NCBI GenBank assembly: GCA_030390025.1
Contig: CM059433.1
Location: 21,454,001 to 21,518,000, forward strand
Direction: 5' to 3'
DNA length: 64,000 bases
From: Squalus acanthias
Taxonomy: Eukaryota
In this document: in pieces, positions 12,642 through 26,245 of the stretch
Position numbering within the stretch: position 1 is the first letter of the stretch
Layout: every line of letters begins with the position of its first letter
The notes under the pieces: model-generated
What the model saw: the letters and a program-made list of their open reading frames with translations, nothing else
Database searches by the model: none
Told to the model about the DNA's origin: nothing
Translations under genes and position numbers: made by a program

Positions 12642-13945
12642 GTATTCCCTTGAGTTTAGAAGTAGACCGGTCATTTAATTGAGGTGGTTAAAATGATTAA
12701 AGGATTCAACAGAGTAGATCCAGAGAAGCTGTTTACATTGGTGGGGGAATCCAGAAAAAGGGGACACAATCTTAAAATTAGAGGGAAATCAGGAAGCACT
12801 TTTTCACACAGTAGTGGAAACGAGGAATTCTCTCCCCAAAAGGCTGTGGTTGCTGGGTAAATTGAAATTTTCAAGGCTGAGATTGACAGATTTTTATTAG
12901 ATAAAGACATCAAGGGATATGGATCAAAGGCGGGTAAATGGAGTTGAGGTTCAGATCAGCCATGATCCAATTGAATGGCAGAAGGGTGGATCAGTAAATT
13001 TGCTGATGACACCAAGATTGGTGGAGTAGTGGATGAGGTGGAGGGCAGTTGTAGGCTGCAAAGAGACATTGATAGGATGCAGAGCTGGGCCGAAAAATGG
13101 CAGATGGAATTTAACCCTGATAAGTGCGAGGTGATTCATTTTGGTAGGGCAAATTTGAATAAGGATTACAGGGTCAACGGCAGGGTTCTGAGGAACGTGG
13201 AGGAGCAGAGGGATCTGGGGGTTCATATCCACAGATCTCTGAAGGTTGCCACTCAAGTGGATAGAGCAGTAAAGAAGGCCTATGGTGTGTTGGCGTTTAT
13301 TAACAGAGGGTTTGAGTTTAAGAACCGTGAGGTTATGCTGCAACTGTACAGGACCTTGGTGAGACCACATTTGGAATATTGTGTGCAGTTCTGGTCACCT
13401 CACTATAGGAAGGACGTGGAAGCATTGGAAAGAGTGCAAAGGAGATTTACCAGGATGCTGCCTGGTTTGGGGGGGAGGTCTTATGAGGAAAGATTGAGGG
13501 AGTTGGGGCTTTTCTCTTTAGAGCGGAGGAGGATGAGAGGCGACTTAATAGAGGTTTATAAGATGATGAGGGGGATAGATAGAGTGGATGTTCAGAGACT
13601 ATTTCCTCGGGTAGAGGCAGCTGTGACAAGGGGGCATAACTATAAGGTGCATGGGGGGAGATATAGAAGGGATGTCCGAGGTAGATTCTTTACTCAGAGA
13701 GTGGTTGGGGTGTGGAATGGACTGCCTGCTGTGATAGTGGAGTCGGACACTTTAGGAACTTTCAAGCGGTTATTGGATAAGCACATGGAGCACACCAGAG
13801 TGATAGGGAGTGTGATAGATTGATCTTGGTCTCGGACAATGCTCGGCACAACATCGAGGGCCGAAGGGCCTGTACTGTGCTGTACTGTTCTATGTATCTA
13901 TGTAACAGGCTCGAGGGGCTGAATGGCCTACTCTTGTTCCTATGT
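12642..13945 (+). mobile_element. Older CR1 3' end (12642-12983 plus 13904-13945) with a younger CR1 of another subfamily nested in its 3' UTR (12984-13903)
   Basis: Host 3' UTR ttgaatggcagaa|caggctcgaggggctgaatggcc is split. The insert carries an intact ORF (KFADDTKIGG..RVVGVWNGLP) and its own tail. Confidence 0.9.
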
Positions 13946-14836
13946 ATTGCATGCTAGGTTGACATTCTGGAGTTTTGTTAGATTACTTTGGGAGTCAGGG
14001 AAAATTTTCAGCGTTTTAACCTCTTTTAAGTTTTACCTGTAAATATTGACCTGCCTCAATGAGTTTAAATAAATTGAGGAAAGTTTTATGACAAGCAAAT
14101 TGAACATGGCCTGTGGAAGAATTGGATTGAACGAGAGGAATAACTTCTTCTCATTTCATGCTTAAGTTTTAATGTACCAAGCTCAATATTTGTACTAACC
14201 CCTGAATAAACTGTAAAGTAAGTATTTAAGGCTGAGGTGGCACCATGAATTCCAATCATAATCTTCACTTAGGGGTTTTTCAAAATAGACATCAGAAGCA
14301 ACTCATCAATTGTAATGAGGAGCATTATACTGAATTATTAATTGTACTAATCCACATTTAAAAACGTAATAAAAAAATAAATTAAACCTTATCATCTTAA
14401 AGCACTACATCTAATGGGCAGCAGTAGATGCCCACTTTATCCCTCTGGTCTCCATTGTGTAACTTCCAAATCTAATTAATTTATTATAACAAGTTTAAAT
14501 TCTCAGTTAAAGTGCCCCACAGAAGACAACTGTGGCATACAGACAATGCATTCTAGGAGCTAATGTAATACTGATTCATGTTTGTTCTCTTTTTATACAT
14601 GGAAGCTTGCAATTGAATGAAGGGAGATAACCTTCCATTTGCAATGCACAGAGAAGAGAGTGAAAATTCCACCCCATATTTAAAGTTTTAGAAATAAAAA
14701 TAAAAGATTTATACATTGGACAATTGAGCTATTAATGTAAATCCTGCAATTAAGAAAATGTACCCCAATTACGCCAATATATAAACCAAGGGATGATTTT
14801 TCTTTTTGTAAATTTAAACAAATGTTCGTACTCTGA

Positions 14837-15187
<351 letters not shown>

Positions 15188-15499
15188 TAGCATCATATTT
15201 TAATACTGGGTCTGACCATTATTATCCTCTAATAAACTGTTGTTTGCATCCCAAATCAGTAACTCTTCTGGGTGATGCAATCACACACCAGCTACAAGAA
15301 GCAAATTTGGTATCTGTGTGCAGAATGGGGCCTACTGTTGATTTGGGGCAAGAAAGCACGATTCACCAATTAACTTTCCAACACATATGAACAAAAATTA
15401 CACATTATGCTGGAGTGATAAATACTTGGATATTGAAGAATCTGGAGAAAGGGCAAGGAATTGGCAATAAAGATGCGATGTCCTGCTGGAATAGGTTTC

Positions 15500-15850
15500 G
15501 ACAGGCACTGGCTGGTCTCTGTTACCCTGTTCAAATGGCCACTCTTCAGGCATGAGCCTGTAAAAATTGAATGATGGCAATCTGTTTACCATGAAGAGGG
15601 GGGCCGTCACAGTCACGCCTGATTCTGTCCTCACCCAAAGTGCACAGATGCACTTTCCAGGAAAAGTTGTTGGATCGTGATCAGGGGCAGAAACCCTGGT
15701 CTTCACCCGCCCTTTCCTTGCTCAGGGATGTTGAAGCCAATTGTTGTGCTCCTACTGCTACTCCATCTAAAATCACCTCACTCAGCAAAGATCGGCAATT
15801 GAATCTATGATCTGCCTGGTGTCTATAGCTCAATATTACACCAGCAGAGA
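15500..15850 (-). mobile_element. Degenerate tRNA-derived SINE (AmnSINE2-like)
   Basis: Similar to copies at ~23170-23400 (+) and ~41690-41910 (-); family name from recalled consensus only. Confidence 0.5.
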
Positions 15851-16033
15851 TTTTGAGACTAAAACTGCATTTCAGATTTCCAATGGCTTTTGCCAGTTCT
15901 TCATCACAAAAACTTCTCAATGGAAATACAGCCTTATAATCTCTCACAACTATATATTTTCTCTATTTATTATGGAGCTATGCACTGCCCATAAGTGCAA
16001 ACTATTTTTTGACTAGTTAATTTAAAAGATTAC

Positions 16034-16355
16034 GGGGGAAAAATTGGTTTGCTTTGTGCCTCCCATTAGCACCTCCGGGGGGCGCGGCACTGCTAACACC
16101 GTGCGCAGCACCCCGCTCGTGCCCTGGCCGCAAACTTGGGTTGCGCCCCCTGACCTATCGCCGGACGACATGTCCGACAGGGTCAGGGTCAGGGTGGCGT
16201 TTCTGCAGCCGCGGGGGGCGCTAATTAAAGGGCAGGTCTCGGGCGGCTATTTTTTTTTGGCCGACTGCCAGCACCTGCTCCCTTCCCCTTTTTTCTTCGG
16301 GGTGCCCGCCGCGATTTTCCCGGCACTCCGCTCCCTGGTGGTCCAGCAGGGCAAG
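16034..16355. mobile_element. Truncated Harbinger-like MITE, family D
   Basis: One TIR gggggaaaaattgg; internal sequence homologous to 47134, 51684 and 61408. Confidence 0.8.
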
Positions 16356-16845
16356 GATTCGTTTACATGTTTAAGTTTAAAAGCTTGCTGATTTTAATAA
16401 AAGAGTAAAGCCATAGTATTCCGGAACATGTGTGCATGTTCATGGATACATTATCAACCATTGGCAGAAGGGCTCCTTAAAATTCCTATCTGTCCCACCT
16501 ACAATATCATAAATCCTGTTTTGTTTTCAACCCTGCCTAATTTCTTTGGCTATGCCAATGTTCTCACTGCATTTATCTGTTTGAGACAGGTGCATGATTA
16601 GAGTGATGCTGGCCTGGCAGACCTGAGTTATACTGATTGCTCAATGTCACTTTTAGTCAGGAAAATCCAAACGCTGGTTAAATTTTAAACTTAACAAAGA
16701 GGCCAGTCAGCTTTCTGCTAACATAAAAAATGAAGTTTATTAACTTCTCTGGTGGTTCATTGGATTGGCTGGCTTCAGTTTCAGATGGTAAGTGACATTT
16801 CATGTGAATAATGTCAGATTGCCCAGACCAGTCCAGACAGCATAA

Positions 16846-17308
16846 AAGAGGTAGATTTTAAGGAGCGCCTTAAAGGAGGAGCGAGAGCTAGAGAGACGGA
16901 GAGATTTAGGGAAGGAATTCAGAGTTTAGGGCCTAGGCAGCTGAAGACACAGCTACCAATGGTGGAGCGATTAAAATCAGGGATGCGCAAGAGGCCAGAA
17001 TTGGAGCAGCGCAGAGATCTCGGAGGGTTGTCGGCAATTTTCCGCGTAATTTTTTTTGGGTGCGTGGCCCATTCACAGTTTGGTGCATGCGCAGAATTTA
17101 ATATTGGAAAAGATGGTCCCAGGCTGCGCAGGACCGGCAGAGAGCCGCGCGGCTGCACAGCTTAGAGGGAACATTGGTCTTAGGGCTGGAGGCGGTTACA
17201 GAGATAGGGAGGTGTGAGGCCACAGAGGGATTTGAAAACAAGGATGAGAATTTTAAAATTGAGGCGTTGCTGAACTGGGAGCCAATGTAGGTCAGCGAGC
17301 GCAGGGCT
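16846..17308 (-). mobile_element. L2 fragment interrupted by a ~145-bp hAT-like miniature element (~17034-17177)
   Basis: Flanks align to L2 at 25930-26235. Insert ends caattttccgcgtaa / ttagagggaacattg form an imperfect CAATGTTCCCTCTAA TIR; TSD unclear. Confidence 0.7.
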
Positions 17309-17400
17309 TGTTTCCTATCATGATTGGATTACAAAGAGGCAAGCAGCTGTTGCTGAAGCTTTTTAGCTCTGATTGATGGAACCATCATTCAATAGAGTAT

Positions 17401-17655
17401 AACAACAGAAAACGCTGGAAAAACTCAGCAGGCCAGGCAGCATCCGTGGAGAGATAAACAGAGTTAACGTTTCAGGTCGAAGACCTTTTGTCAGAACTCA
17501 GTTTGGTCATTAGACAATGTTCTGACGAAAGGTCTTCGACCTGAAACGTTAACTCTGTTTCTCTCTCTCCACGGATGCTGCCTGGCCTGCTGAGTTTTTC
17601 CCAGCGTTTTCTGTTGTTATTTCAGATTTCCAGCATCCGCAGTATTTTGCTATTG
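17401..17655. mobile_element. Fold-back (inverted) Penelope-terminus insertion with 14-bp TSD
   Basis: Arms 17401-17497 and 17519-17618 are reverse complements; TSD ATTCAATAGAGTAT at 17387-17400 and 17656-17669; sequence matches the PLE 3' end at 6912-6990. Confidence 0.9.
17519..17553 (+). ncRNA. Minimal type I hammerhead ribozyme motif (Penelope-associated)
   Basis: GUU-CUGACGA-A-AGGUC(UUC)GACCU-GAAA-CGU-U-AAC: catalytic core, stem II, palindromic ACGU in place of stem III, short stem I. Confidence 0.7.
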
Positions 17656-18334
17656 ATTCAATAGAGTATGGTATGTTTCCCTGCCATGATCAGATGGATG
17701 GTCAGTGCACCCACACACTTTATGGTGAGTTGTGTGGCTCACCATGCTGCTCCTGAGGAGCTCCTTGTACCTGATATCCACATTGTCTAATGACCAAAAT
17801 GTGTCTGTCTGCCACGTGGGTAGATAAGCAGGGGGTGTCTGCGCTTCAGATGTTTCCAAGCTGACAGACCTGGCACTGGAAATTTAGAACTGCAAACCCT
17901 CTATGCCAGTACTGGCAATCTGATAGCTGAACTAGGCAGGTCTGCAGTACTCCACAGCACTGTTGATTGACCAATCAGCTTGTTCAATTAATAGAAACTG
18001 AAGAGATACCCTATGCTGGTAAACTTAAGGGTTTTACCTGGCAAAGTTGTAGCAGTATCACTACGCACTCTTGGGCATCCCTAAGTCTTGACTCCACTGA
18101 GCCATATCTATGCTCTATGGACATAGGTAAGTGGGGTGTGTCCCTATTGGGGGGCGGGGGGGGTGGGGGGCGGTGGTTGTGTATATCATTGTCAGGCAAA
18201 CAGACATTTTACTGGTGTGGGTTTATCATAAGTTTGGTTTTTAGACTGTTAAATATGGTGATCTACTTCACGGTGAAAAATAAATCTTTATCCTGAACTG
18301 AAATTTTACACACTAATTTTTCACTCTCCTTATC

Positions 18335-18675
18335 CATCATCAATGTGAGAGAGTGGTAAATCTATACAACAAGCTCACCTGAAATGGTGGAAGCAAATAG
18401 GGTTAATTAATCCAAATGCAAATGAGACAGATTTCTTTAAGAAAATAATATTTTGGGATACAGTATATGAGTAAGGTGAGACATGACATATGGCAGCAGA
18501 TTTGGGAAGAAAAGATGATTTTGGACCTTGCCCCATATCTATACCTGTTGTAGACTAATTGATAGAGATTGATTGCCAGGATTAGTCATGTTGTATCATG
18601 TGGCTACCACAATGGTAGAAGGTGAACTAGATGGATTTTGATCTTTTTTTGTCCAGTAATTGCTATGTTTCTAAG
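18335..18675 (+). mobile_element. Old degenerate CR1 3' end
   Basis: Decayed gagagtggtaaatcta..gaagcaaatag.. and terminal ctatgtttcta. Confidence 0.5.
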
Positions 18676-19543
18676 CCAGAGGCAGTAAAGCTGAAGTGAA
18701 TTAATAAATAGATATGTTTCAGAGGAATTACACAATAATTACAATAATTGAGATATTTTACAATGACTTGACCTTTAACAAATTGTTCAATTAGATTTAG
18801 TCATTTTAAGAGATGAGATACCTTCAGTTGTGTTGCGTGAGTTATTTGAGGACTTTTTACCACTTTGCTTTCATTTCCTTTTTTATTCTTTCTGTGATTG
18901 CATTTTATGCTTAAAAAGTAGGCAAGCAGTAGATTAATACTGTTCATCATTAGATGATCATGGATCCAGCATGAAAGAAAGTTTTGATAGAGTCCAGTTA
19001 TATGAACTCAATAAGGGCCTATCATTAAAACAGACCCCAGGATATATAATGCTCAAAGCAGGTCCCAGCTGACATGTTTTATCTTTACAGTAAGTGTGCT
19101 TGAATTTATAAGACTGTTCCGACCACTACGATAAATCACATTTGTCTAATTCACATCGAGGGGAAAATTATTATTTCCAGCCTGTAGCCAATATGTAAGA
19201 AAACTTGCAGAAGTTTATCTGAGGTCATGGAGTTTCATTAGCAGTGCTTGAATTTTAGATGCCTGAAGACACAGCCACAAATCACTTATATAATGCTGAA
19301 AAAACAGTAGACTAAGAAGAGATATGCAAGTGACTCCGAACCTCGCAGAAAGAAGTTTAGACCCAAGATGATTAGTTCTGATATCAGTTGATATAATTTA
19401 ATTAAGTGTAAGTGCAATCAATTAATAACTTGCAATGAAAGAATGCAACTAAACAGTTAATTATCTCCCTCATTCATTCAGGCTCTTGGTTAAAGTTATA
19501 GATGGGAGGACGTGAGAATGTCTGGGACTTAATTAATTATATT

Positions 19544-20297
19544 GGCCCAGAAATTAAACAGTGAGTGTTCCCGCGGGGGTAAGGCTTCCCTGCGATATCT
19601 CACTCTGCGCCTACCTTTTTCCTCCGGGCCCACACGAACTTTAGTTTCAAGGCCAGCCCCACATGCAGCTGTGCAGTGCTTGTGTGACCCAGAGACGCAA
19701 TTAGTTCGTGCGAGCTCTGGGATCACGTGATTCAGTTAGAGCCAATGGCAGGACACCATCTTTCATTCATAGTTTTCACAGCAAGAGCTGTCAAAGCTAT
19801 GAATCCTACACACCCCCAAAAGAACAGCTAAACCTCAATTAAATTTAAAAAAAGCCATCACATTAATAAAATAAGTATAGTTAAATAAATTAACCACTTT
19901 AAACAAAAAATTAAATTTTTGAAAAAATTTAAAATCTTTTTAAAAGTTATAAAAATAAACTTTAAAGTCTCTAAAAAAGATAAACCTGTTGAAAAAAATT
20001 TAAAATAATACTTAATTAGCTACTTACCTTGTTAAAAGAGGGTCTTACGCCTCCTTTCTTCATGTGTAAAATCTTCCATGCTTACCTGCGCGTTCAAAGC
20101 TGCAAAAATAACTAAGTGCACTGCGTGCGCGCAGCCTGTAGCGCGCACGCGGTTCACTTAGGAACCGCCCCCTTTTGAATTCACGAAGTGCCGGTTTCCC
20201 GCGCATGCGCAGTGCATGCAGGAAACCGTCAATTGGAGACCTAAAACGCGAGAGTACACAGTGCGTACTCTCGCGTATTAGGTCTAATTTTCGGGCC
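19544..20297. mobile_element. Harbinger-like MITE, family A-related
   Basis: TIR ggcccagaaatta ... taattttcgggcc; TSD ATT/ATT. Confidence 0.85.
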
Positions 20298-20407
20298 ATT
20301 AAGTTCATCACAGCTCAGTGCCACGTTTTTTAGATTGTGTACTGAAATTAACCAGCTGTTCCTAAGGTGTAGCTGAAAAGTTTTGATACTTAATGATAAA
20401 ACCCTTT

Positions 20408-21202
20408 GGGCTGGATTTTGCCAACCCTGGGGAGGCGGGATTGGAGGCGGGACTGCCGGGAAAATGGCAGAATCTGGGGGCAGGTACCCATCCCCCCCCG
20501 CCCAACCCGCCTCCATGCCATCTTCCCAGGAGGCGGGTAGCCGACCCGCGCTGGGTCCCATCTCCTGGCAGTTAAAAGGATTATTCCCATTTTTCCACCA
20601 GAGGCACGGGCTTCCCGACATCGGGAAACCCCGCCAGGGTCACCAAGGCAAGCAGTGGGTCTGCGGGGGTCGGAGGGGTGCAAAAGTGCGCTGTGGAGGT
20701 AAGTGATGGGTGCAAGTGTGGAGAAGTAAGTATGTCAGGTGAGTGAAAAGTGATAGAAAATGTTTACTTACCTTTGTTTCTTCCTGCAGGCTTCAACAGT
20801 TGGGGATGCAGAGACTCTCACATCTCACTGGCAGAGATGACAGAGATGGCTGCTGCATTCTCTGATGCAACAGCCATCTGATTTCTGCTCACAAAAGAGG
20901 TTTGATGAGTCTTGAATACAAGGACTCATCAAACAACAGGGAATGTCAGTGTTTGACAGCTTCACAGAGCTGTCAAACGATGACAATTCATCTGTCAAAA
21001 ATTTTTGACAGATGAAACGTCATACGCTGACATTCTCTGTAACCGGCTTCCCCTTAATTGGCCTGCTAAGCCCGCTGGACGGGCTTAACAAGGTCAGTCA
21101 AGGGAAAATAGCGTGGGTTGGCCACAAATCGATGGAGGCGGGACTGAAACCCGACAAGCAGCAGTCCCACCTCTAATGCGTCCCATTGACAAAATCACCC
21201 CC
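20408..21202. mobile_element. Harbinger-like MITE, family B (inverted homolog of 43765-44588)
   Basis: TIR gggctggattttg ... caaaatcaccccc; ggcggg subterminal repeats; TGACAG palindromes. Confidence 0.85.
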
Positions 21203-23980
21203 TAAGATGTCAAACCACATATCCTCCCACCTACTGTGTGGATCAACACCCACAATCTCCACCACCATGATCAGTGTGCATATTAAATTATTCTCCTCCC
21301 ATCTTTCCCCTACTACCCTCAAAGACCACCTTAGTCCCAACTGCTTCCATGACTCTAGCTGCTCCTTGTTATCCGTGTTCTCACATCAAGTGGAACACTG
21401 CATCGGCTCCGCTATCGTAACATTCCAAGAGTCAACAGAAGGGACTCGGCCATCCTCACTGATGCTGAGCATACTGGGACAAATTGACTGCATAGTGCTC
21501 CACAGTACTCCCTGCTTTCAGGTGAAGACACGTGGGGGAAGGAGGGATTAGATATGGAAAAGGAGAAGTGAGTTCAACAGCTTGAAGGAGGATGACAGGA
21601 ACAGGAGGATTTGAATTCCAGACACAAAGACAAACAAGCAGATCTCAGAGTGGGTGAGCTGAGGAATCTCAACAGATGGGGGAAATCTTGTTAAAATAGT
21701 TAAGTTGAGGGGAGCACTTTGTAGTCATAGCAAGGAAGGGTATCTCAGACATGCAGACCTGGAAGGAGCTTGGACACACCAGAATGGGCAGAAGGGAGGG
21801 ATCTTGCAATTGAAAGGATGGGGACCTCAGATGTTTTCTTATTCCAAATTCTGGACCTTCCAATTAAGGGGTTGCCAGTGTTGGGAAATGGAGCACTTTC
21901 CAAATATTTGCATTCACAACCTCAGAAGACCTTTCCTGCCTCTCCCCAGCACATGTGTGAATGTTTCAGGTTCTCTCATCCGCCACTGTTATGAACTCTC
22001 TAAATGAGAAAGTGTAGTGCCCATTACCGAGAGTTGAACCCTAAGACTCAAAGAAATTATATTGAGACTCCCCAGACAAATGTTGGTCCATTGCAACAAG
22101 TAAAGAGAGACTTTTGTCCCTTCAGTTTGGGCTAGATGGAAACCCAGAGACATGCTACTACATGGAGATACAAGTCTCTTTTCTTTTCTATTCGTTTCTA
22201 AAGTTACTACTTTAACCACTGTTTTCTCCGGGACCTTAGCGATTACTGCAAGGCTTTATCACTGATTTCTGAGGCATCTCCTGATCCAATGTAGAAGAGT
22301 ATCAAAGACCCAATTTCCATTTATCAGAAAGACTCCTTGAGGGTCAGTGATTGATTAACTAAGTGCACCTAAAGTGTGGCAGTTCCTTTAGAAAACAATT
22401 TTAAATGAAAGGAAATCATAGTCAAGCCCCATGAAAAGCTTTAGAGATGACAGCTTGAATATTGGCTGCAAGAATAAGCTTAAACTTCAATTGATCCAAA
22501 GATTAAAAAAAAAACTGTCTCCAGTTAATATCTTGAGATGGGACATATGGCTTGTCAGAGTTCAATCTCATGATAGCAAAAGCAAATAAGTGCTAATATG
22601 CTGCACAATGTCGGCGATGGTCCTGTGCTAAATCATTATTGATTTCCAGTGTAATAGCTTTATGATTATGGTTTTGCTGACCAGAGTTCTTCCTTATTAT
22701 GTGCCAAAAGAACTAGTGGAGTTAGCTTTGTGGTGTTCAGCCGACTGTGTACATATAGTAAATAGTCATGGACTGAATCCGATTGCGGCGGAGTTAAAAG
22801 CATTTTATTCTCATCATACTGTCACAGTTTGCTGGTTATAACATTTATTTCCCTATTTCAGAAATATTGTGGATTTTGATACCAAAATAAAAATAAGGAC
22901 AGTGTTTTAAACATGTTTACAGAGGTCCTCAGGTTGTTTAATAGGTAAAGACACAGGGGGGTAGATTTTTCTTTCTTTACCACCTGATTATTAAGCATTG
23001 CCTGGCTGGGTCAGTGCCCCTTTCAGAACCTGACCGATTTTCCTTCCATTAATTCAAATAAAAGAGAAATCTGCCACGTTCCGTTGCAAACTTCGTCGCC
23101 AGATCTTCCTTTCTCTGCTCCGGCCAGACGATTCTTAACACCCAGATGAAAACGTAACCCTTGGTTTGCTGCCAAGACATAGTTCCGAGGTTCAGTCCTG
23201 TGATGAGTTGACTGATTTCAGCTGGGGTGGAAGTAGAGATGTTGCAAGTGGTCTTTGTGCCTCTGAGCCAGTGTTCCCACTCCTGATTGTCATCTAATGG
23301 TCCTGCTAGAAAATACATAGGTGCGGATATCAGAGAACAGAACCGTATTCATTTTCTAGCAGGGACCACTAGTTGGCAATCAGGAGTGGCTCTAATACAA
23401 ACCCCACCTCCCCATGAAATACTTGTCAACACTCACTATTTGGACTCACAAATGAAGAATGGTAACTTGACTAATGAGAGTGGCCAGCATCTGTGAGACC
23501 ATGCCCTAGCACAGACCAGCGCAGTCTGGAGAGGAAAAGAGGGGACTAAAAAGGAAAATATAAATAGTCGAAGGGAATAAAGAAGCATTGTTTGGTTCTA
23601 TACAAAGGTCTAATTCTCTTCTGAAATATCTTTTCACAAATTGGCAGAAAATTATTTTAAAAGATCTTAGGTGAAGGGAAATGAGCATCTCTTAAAAGCT
23701 AGGAAAGTGTTTTGATGCTCTGCCAGAGAGATGTCTTCAAAGGGAATCAGTGCTATGATTTCACCAGAAGTCCAGAGAAATACGATGCATGATACTAACT
23801 GATTTTCAGTGCAGCACATTTACCAAACATGTTTCCAAATTACATTGAGATTAGGACTTTCTAAATATAGGGTTTGGTTGTAATTCAGAAGCTTCTCAAT
23901 AAATTTAGCCAAATTGATATTTAAAGTGCAATATTTAATTAACCTTTTTAGCCAATTTAGTTTCAGTTTTCACAAATTAC

Positions 23981-25709
23981 TTTTTTAAAATTCGTTCCTG
24001 GGATGTGGGCATCGCTGGCAAGACCAACATTTATTGCCCATCCCTAATTGCCCTTGAGAAGGTGGTGGTGAGCCGCCTTCTTGAACCTCTGCAGTCCGTG
24101 TGGTGAAGACACTCCCACGATGCTGTAAGGGCGGGAGTTCCAGGATTTTGAACCGGTGACGATAAAAGAATGCCAATATATTTCCAAGTCAGGATGGTAT
24201 GTAACTTGGAGGGGAACTTGCAGGTGATGGTGTTCCCATGTGCCTGCTGCCCTTGTCCTTCTAAGTGGTAGAGGTCGCGGGTTTGGGAGGTGCTGCCAAA
24301 GAAGCCTTGGTGAGTTGCTGTAGTGCATCTTGTAGATGGTACACATTGCAGCCACAGTGTGCTGGTGGTGGAGGGAGTGAATGTTTAAGGTGGTGGATGG
24401 GGTGCCAATCAAGCGGGTTGCTTTGTCCTTGATGGTGTCGCGCTTCTTGAGTGTTGTTGGAGCTGCACTCATCCAGACAAGTGGAGAGTATTCCATCACA
24501 CTCCTGACTTGTGCCTTGTAGATGGTGGAAAGGCTTTGGGGAGTCAGGAGATGAGACACTTGCCACAGAATACCCAGCCTCTGACCTGCTCTTCTAGCCA
24601 CAGTATTTATGTGGCTGGTCCAGTTAAGTTTCTGGTCAATGGTGACCCCCAGGATGTTGATGATGGGGGATTCAGCAATGATAATGCCATTGAATGTCAA
24701 GGGGCAGTGGTTAGACGCTCGCTTGTTGGTGATAATCATTGCCTGGCACTTGTGTGGTGCGAATGTTACTTGCCACTTATCAGACCAAGCCTGAATGTCA
24801 TCCAGGTCTTGCTGCATTCGGGCATGGACTGCTTCATTATCTGAGGAGTTGCAAATGGAACTGAACACTGTGCAATCATCAGCAAACATCCCCACTTCTG
24901 ACCTTATGATGGAGGGAAGGCCATTGATGAAGTAGCTGAAGATGGTTGGGCCCAGGACACTGCCCTGAGGAACTCCTGCAGAGATGTCCTGGGACTGAGA
25001 TGATTGACCTCCAACAACCACAACCATCTTCCTTTGTGCTAGGTATGACTCCTGCCAGTGGAGAGTTTCCCCCCTGATTCCCATTGACTTCAATTTTACT
25101 GGGGCTCCTTGATGCCACACTCGGTCAAATGCTGCCTTGATGTCAAGGGCAGTCACTCTCATCTCCCCTCTGGAATTCAGCTCTTTAGTCCATGTTTGGA
25201 CCAAAGCTTTAATGAGGCCTGGAGCCGAGTGGTCCTTGCGGAACTCAAACTGAGCATCGATGAGCAGGTTATTGATGAGTAAGTGCCGCTCGATAGCACT
25301 GTCGATGACACCTTCCATCACTTTGCTGATGATTGAGAGTAGACTGTTGGGGCGGTAATTTGCCGGATTGGATTTGTCTAGCTTTTTGTGGACAGGATAT
25401 ACCTGGGCAGTTTTCCACATTGTCGGGTAGATGCCAGTCTTGTAGCTGTACTGGAATAGCTTGGCTAGAGGTGCGGCTAGTTCTGGAGCACAAGTCTTTA
25501 GCATGACAGCCGGGATATTGTCGGGGCCCACAGCCTTTGCTGTGTCCGGTGCGCTGAGCCCTTTCGTGATATCACATGGAGTGAATCAAATTGACTGAAG
25601 ACTGGCTTCTGTGATGGTGGGGACCTCAGGAGAAAACCGATATGGATTATCCACTCGGCACTTCTGGCTGAAGAAGGTTGCAAATGCTTCGGCCTTGTCT
25701 TTTGCACTT
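23981..25709 (-). mobile_element. 5'-truncated CR1-clade LINE, second family, with 495-aa open RT ORF
   Basis: ORF 24044-25531 ([37 protein letters not shown]); 3' end at ~23981. Confidence 0.92.
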
Positions 25710-25785
25710 ATTACAAGCAAATGGTTGGCATCGCAGGGAACAACTACCCCTGTTGTAAGGCCACAGCTTGGCTTGAAGAATTACT

Positions 25786-26245
25786 ACAACAACAACAACT
25801 TGTATTTATATAGCGCCTTTAACGTAGTAAAACATCCCAAGGTGCTGCACAGGAGTATTATAAGACAAAAAATTTGACACTGAGCCACATAAGGATAAAT
25901 TAGGGCAGGTGACCAAAAGCTTTGTCAAAGAGGTAAGTTTTACGGAGCGTCTTAAAGGAGGAAAGAGAGGTAGTGAGCTGGAGATGTTTAGGCAGGGAAT
26001 TCCAGAGCTTAGGGCCTAGGCAGCTGAAGGCACGGCCACCAATGGTTGAACGATTATAATCAGGGATGCTCAAGAGTGCAGAATTAGAGGAGCGCAGATA
26101 TCTCAGGAGGTTGTGGGGCTGATGAAGATTACAGAGATAGGGAGGGGCGAGGCCATGGAGGGATTTGAAAACAAGGATGAGAATTTTGAAATCGAGGCGC
26201 TGCTTAACCGGGAGCCAATGTAGGTCAACGAGCACAGTGGTGGTG
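25786..26245 (-). mobile_element. L2 LINE 3' fragment
   Basis: ORF LHWLPVKQRLDFKILILVFKSLHGLAPPYL..GGRAFS..LWNSLP..FKTLRKTYLF is typical of L2 C-termini; (ttg)n tail. Confidence 0.88.

Noticed and set aside
22862..22943. Possible additional CSMD1 exon (strong tttccctatttcag acceptor, tag|gtaaag donor)
   Set aside because: It stops after a few codons in the expected phase and shows no Sushi-domain similarity; at most a cryptic or poison exon, with no evidence.
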